A DNA stretch of 64,000 nt, taken from NCBI GenBank assembly GCA_965215605.1, contig OZ244070.1, forward strand, positions 2,208,001 to 2,272,000. Direction: 5' to 3'. This document shows, in pieces, positions 30,874 through 41,802 of this stretch (positions are counted from its first letter, which is position 1; each line of letters opens with the position of its first letter). Position numbers and translations under genes: made by a program. This DNA comes from an uncultured Candidatus Binatia bacterium (GTDB lineage: Bacteria; Desulfobacterota; Binatia; UBA9968; JAJDTQ01). The notes under the pieces were generated by a model. That model was not told the DNA's origin. It saw nothing but the letters and a program-made list of their open reading frames with translations, and ran no database searches.

Positions 30874-32761
30874 GGTCTGCCCGCGGCGGCGGCCTGACGT
30901 CCAGGGCAGAGAGCTGCCGGCTGCCCGGCTCGTGGTCATCCACCTCCTCGCCATCGAGGAGGAAATAGGCCTCGATGATCCGTTTGGCGATGGGCGCGGC
31001 CGTGGCGCCTCCGTGCCCCCCGTGCTCCACCAGGACCGTCACCGCGATCTCGGGTTGTTCGGCGGGAGCGTAGGCCACGAACCAGGCGTGGTCCCGCACC
31101 TCGTACGGCAGGTCCTCGCTCTTGACCGCTTCTCCGCGCATCTCCGCCACCTGGGCGGTGCCGGTCTTGCCGGCGATCCCCACGACATCCGAGCGCGCCC
31201 GTCTTGCGGTGCCCCGCCTGCCGTGGACCACGTCGAACAGCGCCCGCCTGACGACGCCCCAGTTTTCTTTCTTGAGCGCTACGGTGCCGGCCCGGACCGG
31301 GCCGTACTCTTCCATCACCTCGCCGTCCGGCGACACCACCTTCTTGACGAACCAAGGGCGGTACACGGTCCCGCCGTTGGCCACGGTGGCCGTCATGCTG
31401 GTCATCTGCAGGGGGGTGACGGAGAGGAACCCCTGCCCGATGGCCACCAGCGGCGTCTCTCCCGGGTACCACGGCGTTCCGAAGCGGCCCTTCTTCCACG
31501 CGCGGTCGGGAACCAGCCCCGGCCCCTCGCCTTCAAGCGGGATCCCGGTGGGCGACCCGAAGCCGAAACGGCGCGCGTACCGGGCGATCTTGTCGACGCC
31601 GAGGCGCTGGGAAATCTGGTAGAAGTATACGTCGCACGACTGCACCAGGGCCTGGTGCATGGTGACATGGCCGTGTCCCTGCTTCTTCCAATCCCGGAGG
31701 GTACGGTTGCCGACCTTGTACGAGCCGCCGCACCAGAGAGTCTGATCGGCAGAGATCACCCCTTCCTGCAACGCCGCCAGCGCGGTGACGATCTTGAAGG
31801 TCGAGCCCGGTGGAAACTGTCCCTGCAACGCCCGGTTGTGCAGCGGCGTCTCCTGGTCGTCGGTCAGATGCCGCCACTCCTGCGAGGTCAGGCCGCGGGC
31901 GAACCAGTTGGGATCGAACGCCGGTGAGCTCGCCAGCGCAAGCACGGCGCCGGTGTTCACCTCCAGGACGACGATGGCGCCTTCCTTGCCTTTCAACGCG
32001 TCGTGCGCCACCTGCTGGAGTTTCATGTCGACGGTCAGCACGACGTTGTGCCCCGGGGTGGCGTTGTGGCGGTCGATGACCCGGATCTTCCGGCCCATGG
32101 CGTCGACTTCCACCTTTTCCCCGCCGCTGCGGCCGGCCAGGTGCCGCTCCCAGCTCTTTTCCAGGCCGGCCTGTCCGATGGCGTCTCCGCTCCGGTAGCC
32201 CTGCCTGCGGAGTCGCTGCAACTGAGCGGCGTTGATCTCGCCCAGGTAGCCGAGTACGTGGGCCGCCACCTCGTCCGTCGAATAGCTGCGCCGCTCCCTG
32301 ACGCTGACATGGACTCCCGGCAGATCGAGCTGGTGGGTCTCCACCGCTACCACAGACGGCCAGTCCACGTCGCGGACGAGAGTAACGCGTTTCGCCCCGT
32401 TGCCGCCCTGGGCGGCCTCCTTGAGCCGCTCTTCGTCAACCTCCACCATCTCGGCGAGGCGCCGCAGGGTGTCTTCCTGCCCGGCATTGTCGTCCGGGAC
32501 GTACTGCACGTCGAAGGACGGGCCGCTGTGGATCAGCAGGCGGTTCTTGCGGTCGAACACCAGGCCGCGGACCGCCGGGACGCGTTCCAGCCGGATACGG
32601 TTGTGCTCGGACATGACGGTGTAGCGGTTGCCTTGCAGGATCTGGAGCACCCAGAGCCGGTACGTCAGGAAGGCGAAGGCCACCAGCACCAGGAGCGTGA
32701 AGAGGCGTATTCGCCGTCTGAACTCCGGCAAGGTCCGGGTATTAGGCCTATGAGGAAGCAT
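30863..32761 (-). CDS. mrdA: Penicillin-binding protein 2
   Basis: PGSTFK (SxxK), SCDVYFY, KTGTAQV; position in the mre operon. Confidence 0.95.
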   Translation of the reverse strand: MLPHRPNTRTLPEFRRRIRLFTLLVLVAFAFLTYRLWVLQILQGNRYTVMSEHNRIRLERVPAVRGLVFDRKNRLLIHSGPSFDVQYVPDDNAGQEDTLRRLAEMVEVDEERLKEAAQGGNGAKRVTLVRDVDWPSVVAVETHQLDLPGVHVSVRERRSYSTDEVAAHVLGYLGEINAAQLQRLRRQGYRSGDAIGQAGLEKSWERHLAGRSGGEKVEVDAMGRKIRVIDRHNATPGHNVVLTVDMKLQQVAHDALKGKEGAIVVLEVNTGAVLALASSPAFDPNWFARGLTSQEWRHLTDDQETPLHNRALQGQFPPGSTFKIVTALAALQEGVISADQTLWCGGSYKVGNRTLRDWKKQGHGHVTMHQALVQSCDVYFYQISQRLGVDKIARYARRFGFGSPTGIPLEGEGPGLVPDRAWKKGRFGTPWYPGETPLVAIGQGFLSVTPLQMTSMTATVANGGTVYRPWFVKKVVSPDGEVMEEYGPVRAGTVALKKENWGVVRRALFDVVHGRRGTARRARSDVVGIAGKTGTAQVAEMRGEAVKSEDLPYEVRDHAWFVAYAPAEQPEIAVTVLVEHGGHGGATAAPIAKRIIEAYFLLDGEEVDDHEPGSRQLSALDVRPPPRADHAD

Positions 32762-33272
32762 TGACGTACGAAGGCGATTTCCGCGGGGTTTCCATGCGTG
32801 TCTGGATCGAGCGAAGCATGACGAACAGAAACGGGGCGATGGCGGCGGAGAAGAGAGCCTCGTGGAGGATGGCTTCGGCGATGGCCATCCAGTCTCGGGC
32901 GGGCGGCTCGAACAGCGGAGAAATGAAGATCAGCGTGCCGACCTTCATCCACACCGCCGCAAATACGGTGACGGCGCTCATCAGGTGGCCCCTGGCCCAG
33001 ATGTAGCGGAACACCAGGTAGACGCCGAGAAATACCACCGAGAAGGCCACGGCGTTTACGCCGGGTTGGGGACTCGACAGGATATCGATGGCGTACCCCA
33101 GCAGAAACGTCGCCCAGACGGCCTCCACCCGTGGGCGGTTGAGCGCCCAGTAGACGCACAGGGTCAGGGTCAGGTCGGGGATGATGGGAGTCCAGCTTGC
33201 GAGGTGCAGGACCGTCGCCTGCAAGATCACGAAGATCACGCCGACGCCGAAGAAGACCAGCGACACATTCAT
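32748..33272 (-). CDS. mreD: Rod shape-determining protein MreD
   Basis: Hydrophobic 174 aa with PDL..., GYAIDILS, between mreC and mrdA. Confidence 0.85.
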   Translation of the reverse strand: MNVSLVFFGVGVIFVILQATVLHLASWTPIIPDLTLTLCVYWALNRPRVEAVWATFLLGYAIDILSSPQPGVNAVAFSVVFLGVYLVFRYIWARGHLMSAVTVFAAVWMKVGTLIFISPLFEPPARDWMAIAEAILHEALFSAAIAPFLFVMLRSIQTRMETPRKSPSYVNASS

Positions 33273-34252
33273 GGTGTAGCGGACGATGCCGGCTCGGCTA
33301 CCTCGGTCAGCGTGGACGAGAAGGCGCGTTTGGGCTTGTCGGAAATGAAGAGCACTTCCTCCATCACCAACGGATCCACGGCCAGCGAGACGCGGACCTG
33401 CTGGAAGAGCCCCGGCGCATCGTCTTCGATGTCGACGATGGTCCCCACCAGGAGCCCCTTCGGGAAGGCGCCGTCCAGCCCGGAGGTGATGAGCCGGTCG
33501 CCGGCACGGACATCCTCGTTGCGGCCCATGTACTTGACCACCGGTTCGCCGTCCACGGACCCGGAGACGATGCCGCGCACCCGGGTCCGCTGGGTGATGA
33601 TATCGAGGCCGCTCTTGTGATCCGTCAACAGCAGCACCTTGGCCGTGTTCTCGTCCACCGATACCACCTTGCCGACCACTCCTCTCGGTGTAATGACCGC
33701 CATGCCCTGATGGATGCCGGCGGCCGCGCCCTTGTCCACCGTAATGGTGCGAAACCAACTGCTCGCGCTGTTGCTGATCACCGTGGCCGCCACCGATTCC
33801 CTCAGGATGCGCGTGCGGATCTCCAGCAGCTCCATCAGGCGGTCGTTGGCAAGCTTCGCCTCGAAGAGCCGGTTGCGTTCGGATTCGAGGGCGGCGATCT
33901 GCGCTTTCAGGTTGGCATTCTCGTTCCAGAGGTCCTTGAAGGCGACGTAGTTGAGCTGCAGGTTGCGCATCGTCGCGCCGACGGCGTGCAGCGCCTTCTG
34001 GAGCGGTTTTACCGATTGCGACAGGACCCGGGTTACGGCATCGGGCTGATTCGGGTTGGTGGACGAGACGGTGACGACGTAGAAGGCCAGGGCCAGCGCC
34101 AACAGACCGTTGATGGGAATCCGATACCGGCGCAACACGGGCATGACCACGACCCCGGCCTTGTTGGCGCGGGTATCCGGCTGGCGGGATCTGGAGGGCT
34201 GCTGCGATGACCGGGGCGAGTCCGCAGTGTTTTTTTTCCTGGCTGCGGCCAC
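33269..34252 (-). CDS. mreC: Rod shape-determining protein MreC
   Basis: TM, coiled coil, ITVDKG, GVVGKV, TSGLDGAFPKG; exact start uncertain. Confidence 0.92.
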   Translation of the reverse strand: MAAARKKNTADSPRSSQQPSRSRQPDTRANKAGVVVMPVLRRYRIPINGLLALALAFYVVTVSSTNPNQPDAVTRVLSQSVKPLQKALHAVGATMRNLQLNYVAFKDLWNENANLKAQIAALESERNRLFEAKLANDRLMELLEIRTRILRESVAATVISNSASSWFRTITVDKGAAAGIHQGMAVITPRGVVGKVVSVDENTAKVLLLTDHKSGLDIITQRTRVRGIVSGSVDGEPVVKYMGRNEDVRAGDRLITSGLDGAFPKGLLVGTIVDIEDDAPGLFQQVRVSLAVDPLVMEEVLFISDKPKRAFSSTLTEVAEPASSATP

Positions 34253-34269
34253 GTGCCTCTTGCGTCCTT

Positions 34270-35316
<1,047 letters not shown>

Positions 35317-35511
35317 CTAATGCCACGAATGTTATGAGAAACCCGTTTCAAGATACCAAAACTGCCTGCCGGGCACAACAAACGACAGCGAGAAAGGGAG
35401 GTTTTGCGGCTCCCCTTCACATCATCACGGCGGCTACCTATAATGACCCGATTCCCGTCCGCGGACAGGGTCGGCCTAACGGAATCGGATGACTCGAGGA
35501 GCCTCGCGCAA

Positions 35512-37413
35512 ATGCTTGACGTGATACGCAAACACAAACGGTCGTGGCTGGTGATCCTGCTGCTCGGAGTCGGCGTGCTGGCGTTCGTCATGGTGGGCGT
35601 CGGCCCCCAGGGCGGTCAGAACCAGGTGGTCACCATCGCCGAGGTGAACGGCGACCAGATTACCTACAGCGAGCTGGAGAGGCACTACTACCGCATGATT
35701 CAGACCTACCAGCAACTGTCCGGAGGCCGGCTCTCGCCCGCCGATATCGAGGCGCTCAATCTCAGGGGCCAGTTGCTGGACGAGCTGATCCAGCAACGGC
35801 TTCTGCTGCAGAGGGCGCGGGAGCTGGGGCTGCGGGTGAGCGATGAGGAACTCGTGGACGGAATCGCCCGCAACCCCGCGTTCCAGTTGGCGGGCCGGTT
35901 CGACAAAGACGTTTACGAGCAAACGCTCCTCCAGCAGGGACTCACTCCCGGGGAGTTCGAGGCCCAGCAGCGCGAATCGTTGGTGATCCAGAAGCTCCAG
36001 GACCTGATCCAGCACTCGATTCCGGTCACCGCCTCGGAAGTCGAGGAGCGCTATCGGTCGGACAACGAGGAGATCGCGCTGGACTTCGTTCGCCTCAAGA
36101 CGGACGACTTCCTCGAAGGCATCGAGATCGAGGACGAAGAGATCAAGGACTACTACGGCAAGAACGGGGCGCTGCTGCGGGAGCCCCTCAAGGTCAAGAC
36201 AAGGTACGTCGCGTACCGGGTCGATGATTTCGGCGCCGACGTCCAGATCTCCGAGGAGAACATCCAGGCCTACTACGACGTCTACCGGGACCGCCGGTTT
36301 CGCAGGCAGGAGGCGGTAAGGTTCAGCCATATCTTCATCCCGGCGGCGCCCGGGGACGCTTCGCCCGAAGAGAAGGCGGCGCCGCGAAAGCAGATGGAGG
36401 AAATTCTGAAGGAAGCGCGCGGGGGCGCCGACTTCGGCGAGCTCGCCAAGCAGCACTCGAAGGGTGAAACCGCGGCCCAGGGCGGCGACATGGGTTTCGT
36501 CGGCCGGGGCCAGTTGGTGGATGCGCTGGACGCGGCGCTGTTCTTGCTCGAGGAAAATGAGGTCAGCGAGATCGTCGAGAGTCCCGTGGGGCTGCACCTG
36601 TTGAAGGCGGTGGAGAAGCAGGAGAACGAGATCATGGCGCTCGATCAAGTGCGCGAAGATATCATCAAGGCGCTCAGGCGTGAACGCGGCGGCGCGCGGG
36701 CGGCGCGGGCCGCGGAGGATGACCGGGAGAAGGGACTCGACGGCACGCCGCTGACGGAGGCGGTCTCGCAACGGAACATCGAGGTGTCGGTGACGCGTCT
36801 GTTCAGCGCCGGCGAAACGCTCGACGAGATCGGCGGGGTGGAGGACTTCTACCGGGCGGCCCTCACGCTGAAGCCGGGTCAGATTGGCCCCATCATCGCC
36901 GCCGCCGATGCGCTGTACCTGCTGGAGGGGGTCGAGAGGATCGAACCCGCGGTGCCGCCGGTAGACGACGTAAGGGAGAAGATCCGGGAGACCCTCACCC
37001 GGAGGAAGGCCGGCGAGCAGGCCCGCGAGAAGGCGGACGCGCTGCTGGCGGCGTTGAAGGAATCGCCGGACCTCCGCAAGGCGGCGGCGGATCACGGGTT
37101 CACCGTGGAGGACACCGGCCTGTTCCCGCGCAAGCAGGCGGAGATCCCTGAAATCGGGGTGCTCCCGCTGCCGCTGGGACGCCTCACGTTGTCGGAGCGG
37201 GACCCCGTGGCGAAGGCCGCCTACGTCCGCGGCGACTCCGTGTACGTGATGGTGCTCCGCACGACCGTGGAGGCCGATCCGGCGAGGCTGGCCGGTGAGA
37301 AGGAAGAGTTGACGGAGCGGATACGGGGCGAGAAGAGGGAACGGGCGTTGAGGCGGTTGATCGAGGACCTGAAGGCCAACGCCGCGATAGAGGTCCATCC
37401 GGAGTTCATCTGA
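35512..37413 (+). CDS. SurA N-terminal domain / PpiD-like peptidylprolyl isomerase
   Basis: N-terminal TM, AEVNGDQI, parvulin motif FSHIF...DFGELAKQHS...GGDMGF...GLHLLK. Confidence 0.88.
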   Translation: MLDVIRKHKRSWLVILLLGVGVLAFVMVGVGPQGGQNQVVTIAEVNGDQITYSELERHYYRMIQTYQQLSGGRLSPADIEALNLRGQLLDELIQQRLLLQRARELGLRVSDEELVDGIARNPAFQLAGRFDKDVYEQTLLQQGLTPGEFEAQQRESLVIQKLQDLIQHSIPVTASEVEERYRSDNEEIALDFVRLKTDDFLEGIEIEDEEIKDYYGKNGALLREPLKVKTRYVAYRVDDFGADVQISEENIQAYYDVYRDRRFRRQEAVRFSHIFIPAAPGDASPEEKAAPRKQMEEILKEARGGADFGELAKQHSKGETAAQGGDMGFVGRGQLVDALDAALFLLEENEVSEIVESPVGLHLLKAVEKQENEIMALDQVREDIIKALRRERGGARAARAAEDDREKGLDGTPLTEAVSQRNIEVSVTRLFSAGETLDEIGGVEDFYRAALTLKPGQIGPIIAAADALYLLEGVERIEPAVPPVDDVREKIRETLTRRKAGEQAREKADALLAALKESPDLRKAAADHGFTVEDTGLFPRKQAEIPEIGVLPLPLGRLTLSERDPVAKAAYVRGDSVYVMVLRTTVEADPARLAGEKEELTERIRGEKRERALRRLIEDLKANAAIEVHPEFI

Positions 37414-37416
37414 CGC

Positions 37417-38037
37417 ATGCAGATCTTCCTGCTACGTCACGGCGAGACCCGCTGGAACCGGGAGGGCCGGTGCCAGGGGAGCTCGGACATCGAGCTCAAC
37501 GAGGCCGGTCACCGGCAGGCGGGCGAAGTCGCCCGGCAACTCAGCCGTTGCAGGATCGACGCGGTCTATTCGAGCGATCTGCGGCGCGCGCTGCAAACCG
37601 CGGAGATCGTCGGCGGGCCCCACGGCGTTCCGATCACCATCGAGCCCGGCCTGCGGGAGCTCGACCACGGCGAGATGGAAGGGCTGACGTTCGTGGAAGT
37701 GCGGGAGCGGTTCGCCGGATTGATCGAAGAGTGGCGCTCGGAACCGGTGGCCGTGGTGTTGCCCGGCGGCGAGCGTCTCGGGGACGTGGACCGGCGGGCC
37801 TGGTCGGCGCTCAATCGCATTGTCGAGAGTCACGACGACGGCGACACCATCGTCGTGGTCAGCCACAACTTCCCCATTCTTTCCGTGTTGTGCCGAATCA
37901 GCCGGACGCCGCTGGACCGTTACCGCACCTTCCACCTGAATCCCTGTGACTTCAGTCACGTGAGCTTTACGCGTTCGAAGGGCTGGGAGATCCGGGAGGT
38001 CGTGACCGACCCGTCACAATTCGGCGAGTCAGCCTGA
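37417..38037 (+). CDS. Histidine phosphatase (phosphoglycerate mutase/CobC-like)
   Basis: LRHGETRWN, YSSDLRRALQTA, VVSH. Confidence 0.9.
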   Translation: MQIFLLRHGETRWNREGRCQGSSDIELNEAGHRQAGEVARQLSRCRIDAVYSSDLRRALQTAEIVGGPHGVPITIEPGLRELDHGEMEGLTFVEVRERFAGLIEEWRSEPVAVVLPGGERLGDVDRRAWSALNRIVESHDDGDTIVVVSHNFPILSVLCRISRTPLDRYRTFHLNPCDFSHVSFTRSKGWEIREVVTDPSQFGESA

Positions 38038-38052
38038 GAAAAGGAGGGTTCC

Positions 38053-38439
38053 ATGAGAATCGTTCACACCATGATACGTGTCAATCACCTGGATGAGAGC
38101 CTCAAGTTCTACTGCGACGGGTTGGGGATGAAGGTCTTGAAGCGGAAGGACTACGAGTCGGGCCGTTTCACCAACACCTTCGTGGGCTACGGGTCCGAGG
38201 ACGACAGCGCCGTCATCGAGCTCACCTACAACTGGGACACCCACGAGTACGACATGGGCGACGGCTTCGGCCATATCGCCATCGGGGTGCCCGACGTGTA
38301 CGCCACCTGCGACGACCTGCGCAAGAAGGGGGTCAAGATCACGCGCGACGCGGGTCCCATGAAGCATGGCGGCGGGGTGATCGCGTTTGTCGAAGATCCC
38401 AACGGGTACAAGATCGAGCTCACCACGCGGAAGGAGTAG
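38053..38439 (+). CDS. gloA: Lactoylglutathione lyase
   Basis: HTMIRV, IELTYNWD, GFGHIAIGV, AFVEDPNGYKIEL. Confidence 0.95.
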   Translation: MRIVHTMIRVNHLDESLKFYCDGLGMKVLKRKDYESGRFTNTFVGYGSEDDSAVIELTYNWDTHEYDMGDGFGHIAIGVPDVYATCDDLRKKGVKITRDAGPMKHGGGVIAFVEDPNGYKIELTTRKE

Positions 38440-38676
38440 GGGCGAACCGGTGCCGGCGGCGGAGTCGGAGTCGGATTCGGTGCCGGTGCCGAGCGAGCGG
38501 GGTGGGCGGCGTCCCGGAAATCAGGCGACGGTATTGCCGGGCTGTGTTGTTCTGCGTCGCCCGGGACGCGGTGGTTGACCGCGTGTCGTGGATTACGTCC
38601 GCCGGCCGTCGACAGATTTCCGGGACGCCGCCCGCCCCGCTCTCAGCACGGCGGTGATTGCCGGCACGTGATGCTA

Positions 38677-38835
38677 GTGTCCTGTCCGGTTAGTTCGCAT
38701 GATGAGATGCGGAGGATTTTTTGTTGTCGGCAAGGCGCGATGACGAGCAGTGGCGGGCACCACGCGAGGAAGAGCAACGCAGCCGACGGCAAAAAAGACC
38801 CGCAGATTATTATGCGAACTAACCGGACAGGACAC
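38677..38835. mobile_element. 159-bp MITE of IS630 type
   Basis: 27-bp perfect inverted repeat CTAGTGTCCTGTCCGGTTAGTTCGCAT (38674-38700 / 38812-38838) including flanking TA; no transposase inside. Confidence 0.85.
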
Positions 38836-38847
38836 TAGGGGGAGTTG

Positions 38848-39750
38848 ATGAAATTCGGGGTATGTCTCACGCACTACGGCCGGGAGATCGGGAGCGCGGA
38901 GTTGGTGGAGGCGGTGGGGGAGATCGAGCGGTTGGGGTTCGACTCCATCTGGGTCACGGACCACGTGGTCATCCCGGAGGGTGTGCGTGAGGCGCAGTCG
39001 ATCTACCGCGAGCATATGTTGGAGGCCTTTACGGTGTTCAGCTACCTGGCCGCGGTCTCCCGGCGGGCGCAGCTCGGCAGCAGCATCATCGTGCTGGCGT
39101 ACCGCAATCCCGTGGTCATGGCCAAAATGCTGGCCAGCATCGACGTCCTCTCCGGCGGGAGGGTCATCTTCGGGGCCGCTGCCGGGTACATGGAAGGGGA
39201 GTTCGACGCCTTGGGGGCGCGTTTCGAGGAGCGGGGCGAGGTGAGCGACGAGTACCTGCGCGTCATCCGCGAGATCTGGACCCACGACCGGACCAGCTTC
39301 AGCGGCAGGTACTTCAACTTCCACGAGGTCTACACGTCTCCGCGGCCCGTGCAGCGGCCGGGACCGCCCATCTGGATCGGCGGCAGGAGCAAGAGGGCCA
39401 TGCGGCGGGCGGTGGAGTTGGGCGACGGGTGGCACCCGATCGGCCTCACCGCTCAGGAGATGAAAGAGGGAAGGGTCTACATGGCCGGGCTGTGCGAACG
39501 GCGGGGGATCGCCCGGGTGCCCGCCATGTCGTTGCGCGCCAATCTCCTCATCGACGGCGTCTCGGAGCCGGTGGGACCCTACGCGGGCCGGGCGGGCAAC
39601 ACGCCGTTCAAGGGGGAGCCGTCACGGATCCGGGACCGCGTCGCGGAGTTCGAAGAAGCCGGCGTCGAGCACATCGTGCTGGACATGGCGACCCTGTCAC
39701 ACCCGAGCTTCCTGCGGACCCTTGAGGTCTTCGCGGCCGAGGTGTCGTAG
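38848..39750 (+). CDS. LLM-class flavin/F420-dependent oxidoreductase
   Basis: GFDSIWVTDHVV, YRNPVVMAKMLASIDVLSGGR, PPIWIGG, GDGWHP. Confidence 0.9.
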   Translation: MKFGVCLTHYGREIGSAELVEAVGEIERLGFDSIWVTDHVVIPEGVREAQSIYREHMLEAFTVFSYLAAVSRRAQLGSSIIVLAYRNPVVMAKMLASIDVLSGGRVIFGAAAGYMEGEFDALGARFEERGEVSDEYLRVIREIWTHDRTSFSGRYFNFHEVYTSPRPVQRPGPPIWIGGRSKRAMRRAVELGDGWHPIGLTAQEMKEGRVYMAGLCERRGIARVPAMSLRANLLIDGVSEPVGPYAGRAGNTPFKGEPSRIRDRVAEFEEAGVEHIVLDMATLSHPSFLRTLEVFAAEVS

Positions 39751-39771
39751 GGGCGGGTTTCAGACCCGTCC
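39747..39771. repeat. GTAG-type REP-like palindrome
   Basis: GTAG-GGGCGGGT-TTCAG-ACCCGTCC between convergent genes. Confidence 0.5.
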
Positions 39772-39802
39772 GTGCCCCGGCTCCCCGGACCGCCCGGCCC
39801 CG

Positions 39803-40732
39803 CTACAGCCCCAGCATCTCGCGCGAAGTCCGCTCGGTCCAGGAGCGGACCTCCGCCGCGTTCTCCTGCTCGTCCACCACCGCAAGCGCCCTCTTGAGAG
39901 GGCCCAGCCCGCCGCAGTAGTCGGAGCCGAAGACCACGCCGCCGGATCCCATCACGTCGGTGAGAAAGGGCAGGGCCTTGGGCCTGACGCTGGCCGTGTC
40001 GATGAGGAAATGCTTGAGGAAGATGTCGGAGTAGCGCTTGTCGCCGTCCGGCCCCCTGTGCCTCCAGGACATCCTCTGGACCAGCAAGGGGATGCCGCCG
40101 CCGCCGCTCCGTATCACCACCTTCAGGTTCGGATGGCGGTCGAAAACGCCGCCGGCGATCATGCGCATCACGCATTCATTCACGCTTGCGTCCGACAACA
40201 CGGCGTAGGAAACCCCGGCGCCGCCGTCCTCCAGCCGCTGGAGGGTGGGATCCTTGGCGTTGCCGCTGCCGTGCAGGAACAGCGGCAGGCCGAGCTCCGA
40301 CACCTTGGCGAACACGGGGTCCAGCTCGGGGAGGTCCACCTTCATCTCGCCGTCCACCCGGGGGTAGATGAGCACCGCCTTGAAGCCACGGGCGGCCATG
40401 CGCTCGATCTCCTCCACCGAGGACTCCACGTTCTTGAGCGACAGGGCGGTGATGCCGCCGAACCGGTCAGTGTGGCCGCCGATGCGCTGCGCCAGCACGT
40501 CGTTGGACAGGCGCGCCATCTCCATGGCGTCCGCCCCGTCGAGCTGGTCGGCGTCTTCGCTGGCGCCCTGGCAGACGAGTTGGTAGTCGATGCCCGCCTC
40601 GTCCAGCTCGCCGAGCCTCTGCTCGAAGTCGACGGCGTCGTAGTCGTCGACCTTCGGCGCCTTGCCGGCCTTCCGCCGGAAAGCGTCCACCACTTCCGGG
40701 GCCGTGTGGTGTGAATGCCAATCGATCAGCAT
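39803..40732 (-). CDS. Amidohydrolase_2 family protein
   Basis: IDWHSH, PLFLH, GGVFDRHPNLKV, FGSDY. Confidence 0.85.
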   Translation of the reverse strand: MLIDWHSHHTAPEVVDAFRRKAGKAPKVDDYDAVDFEQRLGELDEAGIDYQLVCQGASEDADQLDGADAMEMARLSNDVLAQRIGGHTDRFGGITALSLKNVESSVEEIERMAARGFKAVLIYPRVDGEMKVDLPELDPVFAKVSELGLPLFLHGSGNAKDPTLQRLEDGGAGVSYAVLSDASVNECVMRMIAGGVFDRHPNLKVVIRSGGGGIPLLVQRMSWRHRGPDGDKRYSDIFLKHFLIDTASVRPKALPFLTDVMGSGGVVFGSDYCGGLGPLKRALAVVDEQENAAEVRSWTERTSREMLGL

Positions 40733-40935
40733 GGGTTCCTCCCTGGCGCCCTCGCGCGCGTGTCGGCGATGTTCAGGCGGGGATTATAGGTCCGGACATC
40801 GAACCGGGTCAATCGGCCGGGTCAAGCCCGGGACATGTTTGACTGGTTTCCGCGCTTGGGCTAATCGTTTGGAAATTTACGCAAGCCCCTGAACGCGCGG
40901 TTGCGCGTGCCGGCGGGCTGTCCTGGAGGAACCAA

Positions 40936-41784
40936 ATGCCGACTGCTGTCATCGACGGTATCGAGATCCACTACGAAACCTACGGCTCGGGAACGCCGCT
41001 CTTGATGCTCGCGCCGGGCGGTTTCGATTCCACCATCGAGAAGTGGCGCGTGGCCAGTGCCTGGACCGGCATCGACGCCCTGGCCAAGCTGGGCTCGGAG
41101 CATCAGGTCATCGCCTACGACCGCCGGGAGGCGGGACAGTCCGGCGGACGGGTGGAGCGTCTCACCTGGACCGCGTACGCCCGCGAGGGCAAACAGCTCC
41201 TGGACCACCTGGGGATCGATTCGGCCTTCGTCATGGGCGGCTGCATGGGTTGCTCGGTGGCGCTTTCCTTCGGCGTCAACTTTCCGGAGGCGACTTTGGG
41301 CATGATCCTGCACTGGCCGGTGGGCGGTTACCGCTGGAAGGCAGCGAGCCAGGCGCGTTTCGCCAACCACCTGAACTTCGTCAGGAAAAACGGGATCGAC
41401 GGCGTAGTGGAGCGGGCCTCCAAGGGCACGACCTTCTGGACCGATCCCGAGTCCGGCCCCTGGGCTTCGGTCATCGCGCGGGACAGCGCATTCGCCGAGC
41501 GGTTCGCTGCCGAGGACCCGGAGCGTTACATGGGCATCATCGCCACCAGCGGGCCCGACCTGTTCGACCGCGAAACCGCCACCGGCGCCACGGCGGAAGA
41601 AGTCATGGGGATCAAGGCTCCGGCCGTCATCATGCCGGGCGACGACCCCTCCCACGCCACGTCGGGCGCGCACTACCTGCGCGAGTGTCTTCCCAACGGC
41701 GAGTTCTGGAACGTCATGCCGCCGGAGCAGACCACCGAGAACGTGTGCGATCGGGCGCTGGAGTTCACCCGAGCCCACCGGTAA
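40936..41784 (+). CDS. Alpha/beta fold hydrolase
   Basis: IHYETYGSGTPLLML, YDRREAGQS, GGCMG nucleophile elbow (Cys). Confidence 0.8.
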   Translation: MPTAVIDGIEIHYETYGSGTPLLMLAPGGFDSTIEKWRVASAWTGIDALAKLGSEHQVIAYDRREAGQSGGRVERLTWTAYAREGKQLLDHLGIDSAFVMGGCMGCSVALSFGVNFPEATLGMILHWPVGGYRWKAASQARFANHLNFVRKNGIDGVVERASKGTTFWTDPESGPWASVIARDSAFAERFAAEDPERYMGIIATSGPDLFDRETATGATAEEVMGIKAPAVIMPGDDPSHATSGAHYLRECLPNGEFWNVMPPEQTTENVCDRALEFTRAHR

Positions 41785-41802
41785 CACGCGGGGTCGTGCA
41801 CC

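Noticed and set aside
38449-38495. Short GGAGTC/GGTGCC hexamer iterations
   Set aside because: Too short and degenerate; no spacers, so not CRISPR and of no evident function
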